Shown: one piece after another, positions 1 to 10,332 of the stretch
Layout: each line of letters begins with the position of its first letter
Position numbering within the stretch: the first letter of the stretch is position 1
DNA from: Thermoanaerobaculia bacterium
Lineage (GTDB): Bacteria; Acidobacteriota; Thermoanaerobaculia; Gp7-AA8
Direction: 5' to 3'
Length of the DNA: 64,000 nt
Assembly: GCA_036389275.1 (NCBI GenBank)
Contig: DASVQE010000052.1
Location: 99,637 to 163,636, forward strand
Notes under the pieces: generated by a model
What the model saw: the letters and a program-made list of their open reading frames with translations, nothing else
Database searches by the model: none
What the model was told of the DNA's origin: nothing
Made by a program: the position numbers and the translations under genes

Positions 1-240
1 CAACGCCAGGTTCGCGACGTCCTCCCAACGGAAGACAGTGATGCCGCAATCGTTCAGCTCAGGACCGAAGACTAGTCCTTCGATCTCGTGCTCGAACTCT
101 TCGTCGCTCATTCCGAGGAGCCGAACAACGTCTGTCCACGCGTACGCGGGCTGTCGTTTCGCGAAGAGTTCGATAATGTGCTCCCGATCAGAACCGGGAG
201 TCGGCGGCAGGAAGGCGGAGAGCGGCACGTCGCGATCCAA
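1..240 (-). CDS. Partial hypothetical protein, possibly HTH/AlpA-like. The N-terminus is in the window and the C-terminus is off the left edge.
   Basis: Minus-strand frame directly after the stop of the 244..717 gene translates cleanly (…EHIIELFAKRQPAYAWTDVVRLLGMSDEEFEHEIEGLVFGPELNDCGITVFRWEDVANLAL…). GGAG Shine-Dalgarno plus TTG/GTG start near 240/228. Confidence 0.35.
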   Translation of the reverse strand, partial: MDRDVPLSAFLPPTPGSDREHIIELFAKRQPAYAWTDVVRLLGMSDEEFEHEIEGLVFGPELNDCGITVFRWEDVANLAL

Positions 241-243
241 CGG

Positions 244-717
244 CTACTCCTGACCAGGGAAGAGGTACGCGCGACGAAAGCCAGGAACGACACGTTCCAT
301 GTTGCTTGCGACCGTTCCCGCGAAGTCGGTGAGTTCCTGATGCAACCAGTGGTCGAGCGTGCTCTGATTCTCAGCAACTGCACGCTCCATGGCGCGCACG
401 AGGTACTCCGGCAAGTGCACGGTGAGCGGCTGCAGCGCGAGCAGCGGCGGCAGCACGCTCGTGGCGTCGGGTCCGAGCGCCTCGTGAATCTCGGCGAGGG
501 TCCAGCGTCGCAGCGCGATGTACGCGACCTGTCGCCACGAGAAGCACCACGAGCCATTCGCTCGGTACGCCTCCCGATCATCGTGCTCTGCTTCGCGGCG
601 CAGCGTACCGTGTGAGAGGCCCAAGAGTCGCGCTGCCTTGGTCAAGCCGTACGACTCTTTGCGTTCGAGAAAAAGCGCCCGAATTCGCTCTCGCTGCGAG
701 TGATCAGCGCCTTGCAT
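244..717 (-). CDS. Helix-turn-helix DNA-binding protein (regulator/excisionase-like)
   Basis: 157-aa ORF with an HTH segment YGLTKAARLLGLSHGTLRR. Antisense + ORFs look low-complexity. Confidence 0.5.
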   Translation of the reverse strand: MQGADHSQRERIRALFLERKESYGLTKAARLLGLSHGTLRREAEHDDREAYRANGSWCFSWRQVAYIALRRWTLAEIHEALGPDATSVLPPLLALQPLTVHLPEYLVRAMERAVAENQSTLDHWLHQELTDFAGTVASNMERVVPGFRRAYLFPGQE

Positions 718-1826
718 AAGACGCTTGTTCGTACCTTAGGCTCGCCAGCTTCTCGTAATGGTTTTTTACGAGATTTGCTCGACCGTATCGCCTCTCCGAA
801 CTCGCGCACCTCGCGCGCGAGGCGCGCCGGAACGCTCACCTCACCAGGCCGCTCGCGCGGGAAGACGTTGTGTCCTTCATCGAAGACGAGGACGTGCTGG
901 AGTTGTTCGCGCGGCGCGCCGCTGCTCTTGCGCAAGAGGAGGACAACTTCGAGCCAGAAGAGGCAGAAGAAGCGCTTCTGGTCATCGCCGAATCCCTGCA
1001 GCTCGAAGACCACGGCACGCCCGAGCAAGTCGGCGACCGGTGTTGCAGTTGTTGCGTTTAATGCTCGGCCGAAGCTGCCCTTCGTCAGCTCCTCCAAGCT
1101 GCGCGTGCTGCTCTCCAGCCACCCGTAGCGTCGACTCCCGCTCTTCGTTGCGTCTAACTCGCGCGCCAGCAACTCGTGCGCGTGCGCGAGCGTTGCTGCG
1201 CTGCCGTGCGGCTCGTGCGCTTGGAGCAGCGCTTCCTTCATGACATTGCGCGCGCCCTGCAGGAGGAGGTAGCTCGTGCTAATGATGTCGCTGAGCGCCT
1301 CCGCCCATTCCTCGAACTCGACACCTGGTGGCGGGGTGAGGGCGTTGATCGAAAGTCGCGCGGTATTGCGTCCAACAGTGAAGACGATGACGTTCTCGCT
1401 GCCCTGGGCGCGGAGCAGGCAGCGGTAGTTGCGCTTGAAGTCGAAGGCCATGAAGGGAATGCCGGCCCCTTGGATTTGGACGAGGAGGTTGAGTAGGAGC
1501 GTGCTCTTGCCCGTGCCTGTTGGCCCGAGGATGAAGACGTGTCGCAGCAGCTCGTTACGCTTCACGCGGAACGGGTAGGGCGGGATGCTGGGGTAGCTGA
1601 CGTTGCCGATGATGAACTCGCCGTCACCAATGAGCGCCGGCGGTGGTGCATCAAGGACGAGTTTCTCATCGCCGACGGCGATGCCGAGGTGCTTGACCGC
1701 GAGGAGCATGAGGAGTTCATCGATCTCGCGTTTGCGCTCAACATCAGCGGTCTGGTACTCGATCCAGAGTAGATCGATCGCCTTCCCGTAGAGTGGCTTG
1801 AGTCGACGAAAGAGATCGGGGAGCAC
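642..1826 (-). CDS. FtsK/HerA/VirB4-superfamily P-loop ATPase (DUF87-like)
   Basis: Walker A GPTGTGKST and Walker B-like VLVFDEGHNVF. Operon-coupled to the upstream coiled-coil gene (stop at 1828 / start at 1826). Confidence 0.65.
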   Translation of the reverse strand: MLPDLFRRLKPLYGKAIDLLWIEYQTADVERKREIDELLMLLAVKHLGIAVGDEKLVLDAPPPALIGDGEFIIGNVSYPSIPPYPFRVKRNELLRHVFILGPTGTGKSTLLLNLLVQIQGAGIPFMAFDFKRNYRCLLRAQGSENVIVFTVGRNTARLSINALTPPPGVEFEEWAEALSDIISTSYLLLQGARNVMKEALLQAHEPHGSAATLAHAHELLARELDATKSGSRRYGWLESSTRSLEELTKGSFGRALNATTATPVADLLGRAVVFELQGFGDDQKRFFCLFWLEVVLLLRKSSGAPREQLQHVLVFDEGHNVFPRERPGEVSVPARLAREVREFGEAIRSSKSRKKPLREAGEPKVRTSVLCKALITRSESEFGRFFSNAKSRTA

Positions 1827-1827
1827 G

Positions 1828-2220
1828 TCATATCAACTCGTCGATGCGCTTGCGCCGCTGATCCTGCTGCACGAGTGCCTTCTCAACCTCACGATCCTCA
1901 CGCTTGAGGTTCTGCGTGTCGGTCCAGCACGCACGCTTCTCGTCGCGCTCCTCCTTGCTGAGCATGAGTTTGTCCCGCTCCAGCGTGATGCGATCCTTGC
2001 GTCTGTCGCCGCCATCCCCGGTCATTTCGTTCTCCGGGTCGAGCTTGAGCATCTCCTCGCGCACCTCTTTCTTCTCCTCCGCGATCTCCGCAAGATTCTG
2101 GCGATCGATCTCGCGTCGCTCCGCGATCTCCTCATCGATGCGACGATGCTGCAGCTTGAGCACGGTTTCTTTCTCGCCGCTCAGCGCCGCGATGAGTGCG
2201 GCCTCGCTCGGGTTTGTCAT
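1828..2220 (-). CDS. Small charged coiled-coil protein
   Basis: 130-aa E/K/R-rich ORF immediately upstream of the ATPase on the same strand. Confidence 0.45.
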   Translation of the reverse strand: MTNPSEAALIAALSGEKETVLKLQHRRIDEEIAERREIDRQNLAEIAEEKKEVREEMLKLDPENEMTGDGGDRRKDRITLERDKLMLSKEERDEKRACWTDTQNLKREDREVEKALVQQDQRRKRIDELI

Positions 2221-3303
2221 CCTGCACCTCGAAAGACGGTCAGTGCGTCACTCGGGAAGACCCATTCGGTCGTTGCTGGATCGAAGAGCAGTTCGTACGC
2301 GAAGCGTGGTCGCAGTGGTTCTCGTTGGTTGCGTACAACGTCGATAAAGTGCCAACTCGTCATGCGCGGGAGCGTGCCCATCGAGCTGAAGACTTGCTGT
2401 GTCAGCGCGTGCGTGCTCACGACGCGCAGGAGCGCTGCATCGTCGCGGATCGGGTAGATGTCGATGCTTGGCGCATGACTGCCGAAGGCGTTGATCATTG
2501 CGCTTAACGCGGTGCCTTCGATGTGCAGAAACATTGGTGTGCCGATCGCGTTGAGCGGTCGGTACCGGATGATGTTCTGTCGGAACAAGCCGGTGTGGTT
2601 GAGCAGCGCGAAGGCTTCCTTCACGTACGATTTCCCGTTCGTCGGGAGGCGTCGCGCGAAGCGCGGCAGATACTCCCATGTGCGCTTCCCCAATCGTGCG
2701 TACACTGCCTCCCAGATCGCAGGCAAGCTCTGTCGCTGCTCCACACTCTCGAAGATCACGGGGATGAGTAGCGGCAGCCGCTCGACAATGTCCCAAACAT
2801 TGCGCATCAGCGCCGAGAATCGTCGGTGGCGTAGGATCAGGATCATTGGTCGCGAGATCTCGGAGCACCTGCCACCCATCGCGCGTCATGATGCTCGTGA
2901 TTCGTGTCGCCGTCGTTCCCTCAGCCTCCGCAAGGAGCGCATCGATCGCTGCTCGCTGCGTTCGCGGGATGAGGCAGTGCAGGTAGAGCGACTTCTCGCT
3001 TGGGCGGCTGACCGTCCATTCGCCGGCTATCGCGTACGGAAAGGTGGTCCATGCCGGCGCCGGGTTCTCCAGGAACAAATGCAAGTGCTCTAGGCCGAGT
3101 GCGCAGAACGAGACATTCGGATAGTAGAGCAGGTCATCCGCGAGTTCGGCTTGCCAGCGGTAGAGCGTACGCGCATCAGGCAGTGATGCTTCGGTGCGCG
3201 CGAACTCCTCGATGCCCACCGCCCGCTGTGTTCGATGGAGCACGCCAAGAAAGTGCAGAACGTTCTTGTTCACTCCGGCCGCCATGATGGTGAGCAGGGA
3301 CAT
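2217..3303 (-). pseudogene. Hypothetical protein, apparently frameshifted near 2880
   Basis: N-terminal 141 aa in the frame of ORF 2248..3303, then convincing coding continues in the frame of ORF 2217..2879. The original frame degenerates into low-complexity sequence after about 2880. Confidence 0.45.
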
Positions 3304-3393
3304 TCCACGTTTTTATAAAGCACCCGACGAGAAACATAACCAGTATGTCAGGTGGTGGATATATACCCGTACTTTCCGGATAGTAGGGTCATG
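3304..3393. promoter_or_regulatory. AT-rich divergent intergenic promoter region
   Basis: Unusually AT-rich stretch (ttttataaag … ggatatatac) between divergently oriented genes in an otherwise GC-rich context. Confidence 0.3.
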
Positions 3394-3828
3394 TCATGGT
3401 TTCACTACACGAAACACGAACGCCTGCAGCGGCGACGGCAAGTCCGCTTGGAGACCGCGGAGCGAGCCATCAAGGAGGCAAGCTCAAACTGGTACATGGT
3501 GCCAGGCATCGTTGAGCCGTGCATCGGCGACGCGCTAGAGGAGGCATACCTCTTTGAGGAGTACTTCGGGGAGCCAATGCCCACGCACCTGCGCCACGCG
3601 CTGCAGGTCGAAGTCGAGCTGTGGCAGCGTTTGATCCTCGCGATCAAGAATGCGAAGAACATCACCGAAGAGGAATACGTGAAGTACCTCCCGCGGGTGC
3701 GCGCCTACCTCGTCGCCGTCATCGACCTGCTCCAGGCAGAGCAGGAGATGATCACGAGCTGCCTCGTGCGCTACTACGAGCACATCGTGGCGACATCACG
3801 CGACGCTGCCCTGCGGTCGGGACTATGA
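3352..3828 (+). CDS. Hypothetical protein
   Basis: 158-aa ORF with protein-like composition. The start may be the internal M at 3394. Confidence 0.5.
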   Translation: MVDIYPYFPDSRVMSWFHYTKHERLQRRRQVRLETAERAIKEASSNWYMVPGIVEPCIGDALEEAYLFEEYFGEPMPTHLRHALQVEVELWQRLILAIKNAKNITEEEYVKYLPRVRAYLVAVIDLLQAEQEMITSCLVRYYEHIVATSRDAALRSGL

Positions 3829-3982
3829 ATGACGATCACTGGATCCTGACGTTGTACGAGCGCTATCTCGCACTCTTCGGCGATCCCGCTCCTTCCGAGC
3901 ATCCATTGCCGCTCCACAAGGAAGGATGAACGAATGGGTGGGGGGCGCAGGACCCCTTGTTGCGCCCCGCCATTCCCTCACG

Positions 3983-4726
3983 ATGTTAGAACTCGACAAG
4001 ATACACAACATGGATTGTTTTAGCGCAACGACACAGATCCCCAACGAGGGCGTGGATGCGGTCATTACCGATCCACCGTACCCGAACCGGATGAATCTTT
4101 TCGACGGGTCACTCGTCGACGGCCTCGCGATGCTCTACCTCTCGTGCAAGAAGGCGAAGAAGTACGTCGTCTTCTTCTGGAACGCCTTCGATGTGCCACC
4201 GCCACCGGCAGGATGGCACGAGGTCGCACGCCACGTCTGGCACAAGCCGGATGCGAAAAGCATCACGCATTACGAAGTCATCGTGTGCTGGAGCAAAGAA
4301 AGCAGGCAGAAGGTGAGCAGAGTGTGGAGCATTCCCATCCTCGACTACCGCAGCCTGCACGACTGGAAACCACACCCCACGCAGAAGCCGGTGAAACTTC
4401 TGCGCTACCTCCTGGAGCAATACACCACCGAAGGTGAGACCGTCTTCGACCCGTTCGTCGGCAGCGGCACGACGGCCGTCGCCTGCCAGCAGATGAAACG
4501 GCACTTCATTGCCTGCGAGAGCAATCCCGAGTACGCCGCCATAGCAACGAGCCGCCTGAAAGAACCAGCTCCGGAAATCGCACCCGCAACACCGGTGCCT
4601 GACGAGCAGGAAGGACCTGATGAAATCACCCCGGAGACAGCCGACGATGCACCAGCACCACCCGCACGACCGAAACGCAAACGCGCCGTAAAAACACAGG
4701 CCGTCACGCCACAGGTGAAGGCATGA
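3983..4726 (+). CDS. Beta-class N6-adenine/N4-cytosine DNA methyltransferase (pfam N6_N4_Mtase-like), orphan
   Basis: MLELDKIHNMDCF…DAVITDPPYP (motif IV) precedes HPTQKPVKLL…FDPFVGSGTTAVAC (motif I). The ORF is open from 3926. No adjacent restriction endonuclease recognised. Confidence 0.85.
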   Translation: MLELDKIHNMDCFSATTQIPNEGVDAVITDPPYPNRMNLFDGSLVDGLAMLYLSCKKAKKYVVFFWNAFDVPPPPAGWHEVARHVWHKPDAKSITHYEVIVCWSKESRQKVSRVWSIPILDYRSLHDWKPHPTQKPVKLLRYLLEQYTTEGETVFDPFVGSGTTAVACQQMKRHFIACESNPEYAAIATSRLKEPAPEIAPATPVPDEQEGPDEITPETADDAPAPPARPKRKRAVKTQAVTPQVKA

Positions 4727-4974
4727 GCACAGTCGAAGAACTCACGAAGCGCGTGAGCATGCTCGAAGAAACCGTCAGCCACCTTACGACGCACCATGAT
4801 GAGGAATTCCTCATGGTCCACGACGACGTGACCGCGGACACGTGCGACCGACTCTTCAACGTAAACCTGCGCGAGGCACGTCAACGCGAACGCACGAGAA
4901 GCAACGACGATCGGCAGCACCGTGCAACACACCGCAAACGGCGAGTGGTCACGACGAAGCGCAAGGCCGGCTGA
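4723..4974 (+). CDS. Small hypothetical coiled-coil protein
   Basis: 83 aa. Start overlaps the MTase stop (ATGA). Confidence 0.3.
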   Translation: MSTVEELTKRVSMLEETVSHLTTHHDEEFLMVHDDVTADTCDRLFNVNLREARQRERTRSNDDRQHRATHRKRRVVTTKRKAG

Positions 4975-5366
4975 CATTTCGCTTAACGCCAATGTCAGGC
5001 GGATCAACGAAAGAACTAAATACTTCGCGCGCAACCGCTGCGGGTGAGAAGGTCGTGTGACCGCCACCCGCGGCAGTCGCATGCGCCGGCAGTGGTTGCA
5101 AAAAGCAACTCCTTCGGGCCTGGGCGTTGTCTCTTTCGTCGAACGCCGAGGGTATGTCGCGACGTCGACCGCCGATGGCTGCTGACGCATGAACGTCGGC
5201 ATGTCGTCTGCCGCCGCTTGGCAGCGGCGTGTCACGCGACCTTTATCAACTAGCAACGGTGATGCGAGATGGTGACGTTTGACATCCACAACTACGAGGA
5301 GAAGTTCCAGCAGGTAACACAGCAGGTGCTGCGCAGCGAGATCAGTCAGCGCAACAAGATCTCATC

Positions 5367-6575
5367 ATGGGCTACCGTGATGCATGCATCCTCCAGCAGA
5401 CCTGCGGGAAAGTACGCCTGATCCGCGCACTCGGCGTCCTGCTTCTCTGCGCGCGACGGCTCGTGAAGGATTTCGATCAGGCAACTCGTGATGACCTGCA
5501 GCGTCTCGTGAGCAACATGCTGACGAAGCAGCCGCCGTACAGCCCCGAGACGCTCGGCACCTACAAGGCAATCATCAAGCGCTTCTACACATGGCTCGCC
5601 GCGCCCACCGAATTCAATGCGCGAGCAGTCGCGCCGCCGATCGTGAACTGGATCACGACACACGTTCGCGCACGCGACAAGAAGAAGCTTCAGCGCAACC
5701 AACTCCTCTTTCCGTCCGACATCGAGCAAGTCATGAATGTCACGCAGAACGCACGCGACAAAGCGCTCCCCGCCGTCCTCTGGGAGACCGGCGGCAGAAT
5801 CGCGGAGATCGGTAACCTGCAACTCAAGCACCTCACGAAGACGGACGTCGGCTACACCCTGGAGGTTACCGGGAAGACCGGCACGCGGACCGTGCTCATC
5901 GTCAGCAGCGCACCCTTGCTCACGCTCTGGCTCAACGTGCATCCCTTCCGCGCCGATCCGGAAGCACCGCTGTGGGTGCACTACCAATTCAGCAAAGAGC
6001 CGCTGCAACTGAAGTACGACACGATCCGCAACATGCTCGTGAAGCAGTTCGCACGCGCAGGCATCCCGAAGCGGGTGTACCCACATCTCTTCCGCCACTC
6101 ACGCGCGACGTACGTCCTGGCCACCGGACTGATGACCGAAGCGTAAGCAAAGGCGTACTTCGGCTGGACACCGAACAGCGACCAACTCGCCACGTACGCA
6201 CACCTCCTCGCGAGCGACGCGAACGCGGCAATCCTGCGAGAAAACAAGCTTGTGCCAACGCGCGAAGTCCACGAGGAACTGCAGGCAAGGCAGTGCTACC
6301 GGTGCGCGGAACTCAACGCGAGCAATGCGGACTACTGCACGAAGTGCAACGCTGTGCTCAACCTGCAGAAGGCGTACGAGCACCAGCAGCTGCATGACGC
6401 GAAGGAGACGCTCCTCACCAGCATGTTCAGATTCTCGTGGAGCGAGGACTCGTGGATGACGCCGCGCGCGCCGTGCACGAAGCGGGTCTGGGGGAGACGC
6501 TCAAGCGTCTCGCCCTGCACCACTCAGGTGAGCAGAACATCGCCGCAAGCACGCCGACGCTTTCGCCGAACGTGA
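5367..6575 (+). pseudogene. Tyrosine recombinase (phage-integrase family) interrupted by an in-frame TAA at 6144..6146. C-terminal Zn-ribbon-like extension.
   Basis: N-terminal SAM-like domain. RHSRATY box II, then a TAA stop. The in-frame continuation reads KAYFGWTPNSDQLATYAHL (canonical catalytic-Tyr region), then CYRCAELNASNADYCTKCNAV (CxxC…CxxC). Downstream frames are scrambled. Confidence 0.75.
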
Positions 6576-6720
6576 ACAAGAACCACCTGCCGGTGAAACA
6601 AAAGCAGTGCTGTGAAACGAGAAGCGTGAAGAAAGACGAAGTCGTCCGGATTCAGGCAGTTACGTGCGCGTACACCCGCCGTGAACAGCGAGAGACTTCG
6701 CACAACGCGAAACCACGCGA

Positions 6721-6920
6721 GATTTCGTCTAACGCCCTCTCCGCATGTCACTTAGCGCCGCGCATGTTTCGTCTAACGTCGTTTCGCTTCACGCGTCGTT
6801 CCCCCCTTTTTCCCTTTTCATCCCGCCAGCAGGCGGGTTCCCACTTTCTCCCGGCCCGCAGGCCGGGCAATCCAATCGCCCCGCGATAGCGGGGACACTC
6901 ATCCAATCGTCCCTTGGGAC
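6721..6920. other. Intergenic cluster of direct repeats (TTTCGTCTAACG x2) and four consecutive GC-rich stem-loops
   Basis: Hairpins cccgcc-agca-ggcggg (6822..6837), cccggcc-cgca-ggccggg (6850..6867), ccccgc-gata-gcgggg (6879..6894) and gtccc-ttg-ggac (6909..6920). A recurring ATCCAATCG follows two of them. Confidence 0.4.
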
Positions 6921-6964
6921 AGCAAATCCCCATCACCCCGCAACGCCACCACGAGTAGAATTTC

Positions 6965-9900
6965 GTGTCACTCTACGGGAGGAGACAATTCGCAACGACG
7001 ACCACCAATAACCGCCACCACGATCCGCGCGGCAGCACCTGGCGCCGCTGGGACCTGCACGTCCACACGCCAAAATCGTTCGTCCAACACTACCCCGGCG
7101 GCGATACCCCCGCCGGATGGGAAGCCTTCCTCACGGACCTCGAACACCTCCCGCCAGACATCAAGGTGCTCGGCATCAACGATTACCTATTCATCGACGG
7201 ATACGAACGCGTCCTGAACGAAAAGCAGCAAGGGCGACTCGCGAACATCGACCTAATCCTGCCCGTCATCGAACTACGCCTCGACAAATTCGGCGGCACT
7301 GACTCGCACCTCAGCCGCATCAACTACCACATCATCTTCAGCAACGAACTCACGCCCACCGAGATCCGCGAGCAATTCCTCAACCTCCTCACCGCCGACT
7401 ACACGATCGGCGAACCATTCAACAACGTCATCAACACGACCACCCTCACGGAGCTAGGACAGCAACTCATCGACGCAACGCCACCAGCAAAACGCACGAG
7501 CGAACAGCCACTCACCGTCGGTTACAACAACCTCAACTTCCACCTCGCCAAGATCGAACAGCTCTTAGAGAACACGACGTTCACGAACAAGTTCCTCACG
7601 GCCGTAGGCAAAACCGAATGGGCAGACGTGAAGTGGCAACAAGGTGCCGCAGACAAACGCACGATCATCGACCGCGCTGACTTCGTCTTCGTCGCAGCGC
7701 AAACACCTGACCACTGCCGCAAGGCGCACGACGCACTGCGCGCCGAAGGAGTCAACCACCGACTACTCGACTGCAGCGACGCGCACTACCCCAGCAACAG
7801 CACACACAAAGACCGACTCGGCAACTGCTACACCTGGCTCAAAGCCGACACCACGTTCGACGGCCTCCGCCAAGTACGCCATGCCCCAGGAGAACGCATC
7901 TTTCTCGGGGACATGCCACCGAAGCTCCAACTCATCAAACAACAACCCACAAAATTCATTACCGACATCGAAATCCGCCGAAAGCCCTCCGCTCCGATAA
8001 CGGAGCAATGGTTCAACAACCAGCTGCCGCTCAACCCCGATCTCATCGCGATCATCGGCAACAAAGGAATGGGCAAGAGCGCACTCACCGACATCATCGC
8101 GCTGACGAGCAACGCCGAAGCAGACCCACAAACTTACGGCTTCCTGACCGAGCACAAGTTTCGCGACCGCAAAGACAACAAGGCACGACACTTCACCGCA
8201 ACCACCACATGGGCAAGCGGCGACGCCATCAACCGCGGGCTCGACGAGAACGTGCCGAGCGGCACCGTCCCCATGGTCAGGTACATCCCGCAAAACTATT
8301 TCGAAGCCCTGTGCAACGAAACCACGAACGCAGCACGCCTGCAGCATGAGCTCCGCAGCGTCATCTTCAGCAACCTCTCCGCAGCGCAACGAGGCAAGTT
8401 CGCCGACCTTGATTCACTCATCAAGGCGCACACGAACGAGGCGGCACGACACATTGACGAGCTACGGGCAGAACTACACACCGTCAACCGCCACATCGCG
8501 CAACTCGAACGCGATCTCTCAACGACAAAACGCAAAGAACTCGAAGACGCGCTCCAGCAAGCAGAGGCAGCGCTCGCAGCACACGACCAGAATCAGCCGA
8601 TGCCCGTTTCCGCACCTACGCAGCAGGCAAGCACGCCAGACCTCGACGCGACACGCAAGGAACGCGATGAACTCGATCAGCGCATCGCCGCGGAACGGCT
8701 CCACTTGCAGGATCTCACGAAACACGCACCCGCACCCGAAATCTTGTTGCGCGCTTTCGCACGCTGCAAGAGACGATTGCAAAACTCCGCACGAGCGTCA
8801 CGACCGACCTCCAGCAACTCGGCATGAGCTTCGAGCAACTGCTGCCCGCAAGCGTCAACCTGCAACCACTCGAAGAGCACACGGCGGCAACCGAAGAGCA
8901 AATTGCAACCACCGAAGCGCTCCTCGACGGCACCGACGGTCTCATCGCCACACATGCCGCGCTTCTCACGCGAATCGCCAAACTGCAGGACGCACTCGAT
9001 GCACCCGCCCGGGCATACCAGCAGTACCTCGATCACCAGAAGCAATGGGAGCAACAGCGCACCCGCATCATCGGCAGCACAGACACACCCGGATCAATCG
9101 AGTACCTCAAGGCACGACTCACCACAGTGCGCAACGCCCAAGTAGAACAGCTCGCGGCGCTCGATGCAGAACGCCTCGACCTCGCGCGCGCCATTCACGA
9201 GCAACTCCGCAGCATCACCACATTCCAAGCAACGCTCTACGCCCCCGCCGCAGAAAGGCTCGCAAATCATGCTGTCGTTCGAGCACAGCTGAACGTGAAC
9301 TTCACCAGCAAGCTTGTGGACACCGGACTCGCGCCACAGTTCATGAAGCGCATCAATCGAGCACGAATCGGCAAGTTTAGCGAGGAGCACGCGATGCGTG
9401 ACCACCTCACGCCCTTCGACCTTGACAACACCGACGACATCGAACAGCTCCTCCGTACCACTATCGAACTCCTTCACCAAAAACCGCATGGTGAACCGAG
9501 CGACATCGACGACGTGCAGCGACAGCTGCGCAAGGACGAGAAAGCAGAGGACCTGTACAACTTCCTCTTCGGGCTCGAGTACCTCGACCCACAATTCGCG
9601 CTTCGAATCAACGATCGCGAACTCGCACAACTCACCCCGGCGAGCGAGGCAGCCTTTTGCTCGTCTTCTACCTCGTCATCGACCAGGACGATCGGCCGCT
9701 CATCATCGACCAACCCGAGGAGAACCTGGACAACCAGAGCGTCTTCGAACTCCTCGCGCCCTGCATTACCGAAGCAAAGCGCCGGCGACAAATCATCATG
9801 GTCACGCACAACCCGAACCTTGCTGTCGTCTGCAATGCCGAGCAGGTCATCTGGTGCAGGATCGCGAAGGACACGGACCACGCCGTCACGTACGAGACCG

Positions 9901-10004
9901 GGAGCATCGAGAATCCCTCGATCAACAAGCACCTCGTCGACGTTCTCGAAGGGACGTGGCCCGCCTTCACGGACCGCGGACACAAGTACCATCAGTGGTC
10001 CTAG
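6965..10004 (+). pseudogene. PHP-domain phosphoesterase fused to an SMC/SbcC/RecF-like ABC ATPase with a long coiled-coil. The reading frame is broken twice (near 8740 and near 9650).
   Basis: N-terminal WRRWDLHVHTPKS (PHP). Walker A IIGNKGMGKSALTD. Coiled-coil middle. After the frame changes, Walker B/D-loop LIIDQPEENLD and H-loop IMVTHNPN. Three consecutive ORFs (6965..8827, 8824..10311, 9657..10004) join into one about 1010-aa protein. Confidence 0.75.
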
Positions 10005-10036
10005 GGCGCGCACTGGAGTGCTCGGTGCGGGCCGCG

Positions 10037-10153
10037 CTACCAGCGCGCACCCCAATCGCCGCACCCGCACGAGCAGACCCAGACGGGCCAGTCGATCCCG
10101 TCCTCACGGTCGGTCATCAGCCGAATCGGATGATCGTGGTGGTAGGCAGCCAT
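10037..10153 (-). CDS. Small Cys-rich peptide (38 aa) ending …VWVCSCGCGDWGARW
   Basis: ATG start right after the stop of the neighbouring small ORF. C-terminal CxCGCG-W motif paralogous to the neighbour. Confidence 0.3.
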   Translation of the reverse strand: MAAYHHDHPIRLMTDREDGIDWPVWVCSCGCGDWGARW

Positions 10154-10155
10154 GC

Positions 10156-10332
10156 TTACCACTCTCCGCCGCACACGGTGCAGTAGACGATCTCGTGGTC
10201 GTCAGCGGTGAGGTACGTGTCGAGCCGGTGCTTGTGGTCGAACGCCTCCGGGATGGGATCATACGGTGGGCGGTACCCATCAGGCGCGAGTTGGCGCGGT
10301 GGTGTGCGTAGGTAGGTGCTGTGCTGGTTCAT
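10156..10332 (-). CDS. Small Cys-rich peptide (58 aa from the internal ATG, 80 aa from the track start) ending …VYCTVCGGEW
   Basis: GGAGG Shine-Dalgarno 8 nt upstream of the ATG at 10332. C-terminal CxxCGG-W motif. Confidence 0.4.
   Translation of the reverse strand: MNQHSTYLRTPPRQLAPDGYRPPYDPIPEAFDHKHRLDTYLTADDHEIVYCTVCGGEW

Noticed and set aside
4405-5289. 294-aa minus ORF
   Set aside because: Antisense to the DNA methyltransferase and the small downstream gene. No motifs.
6936-6948. caccccgcaacgcca resembling the tRNA-fMet 3' end as a possible att repeat
   Set aside because: It is on the opposite strand relative to the tRNA gene and only about 12 nt similar. Not a direct repeat.
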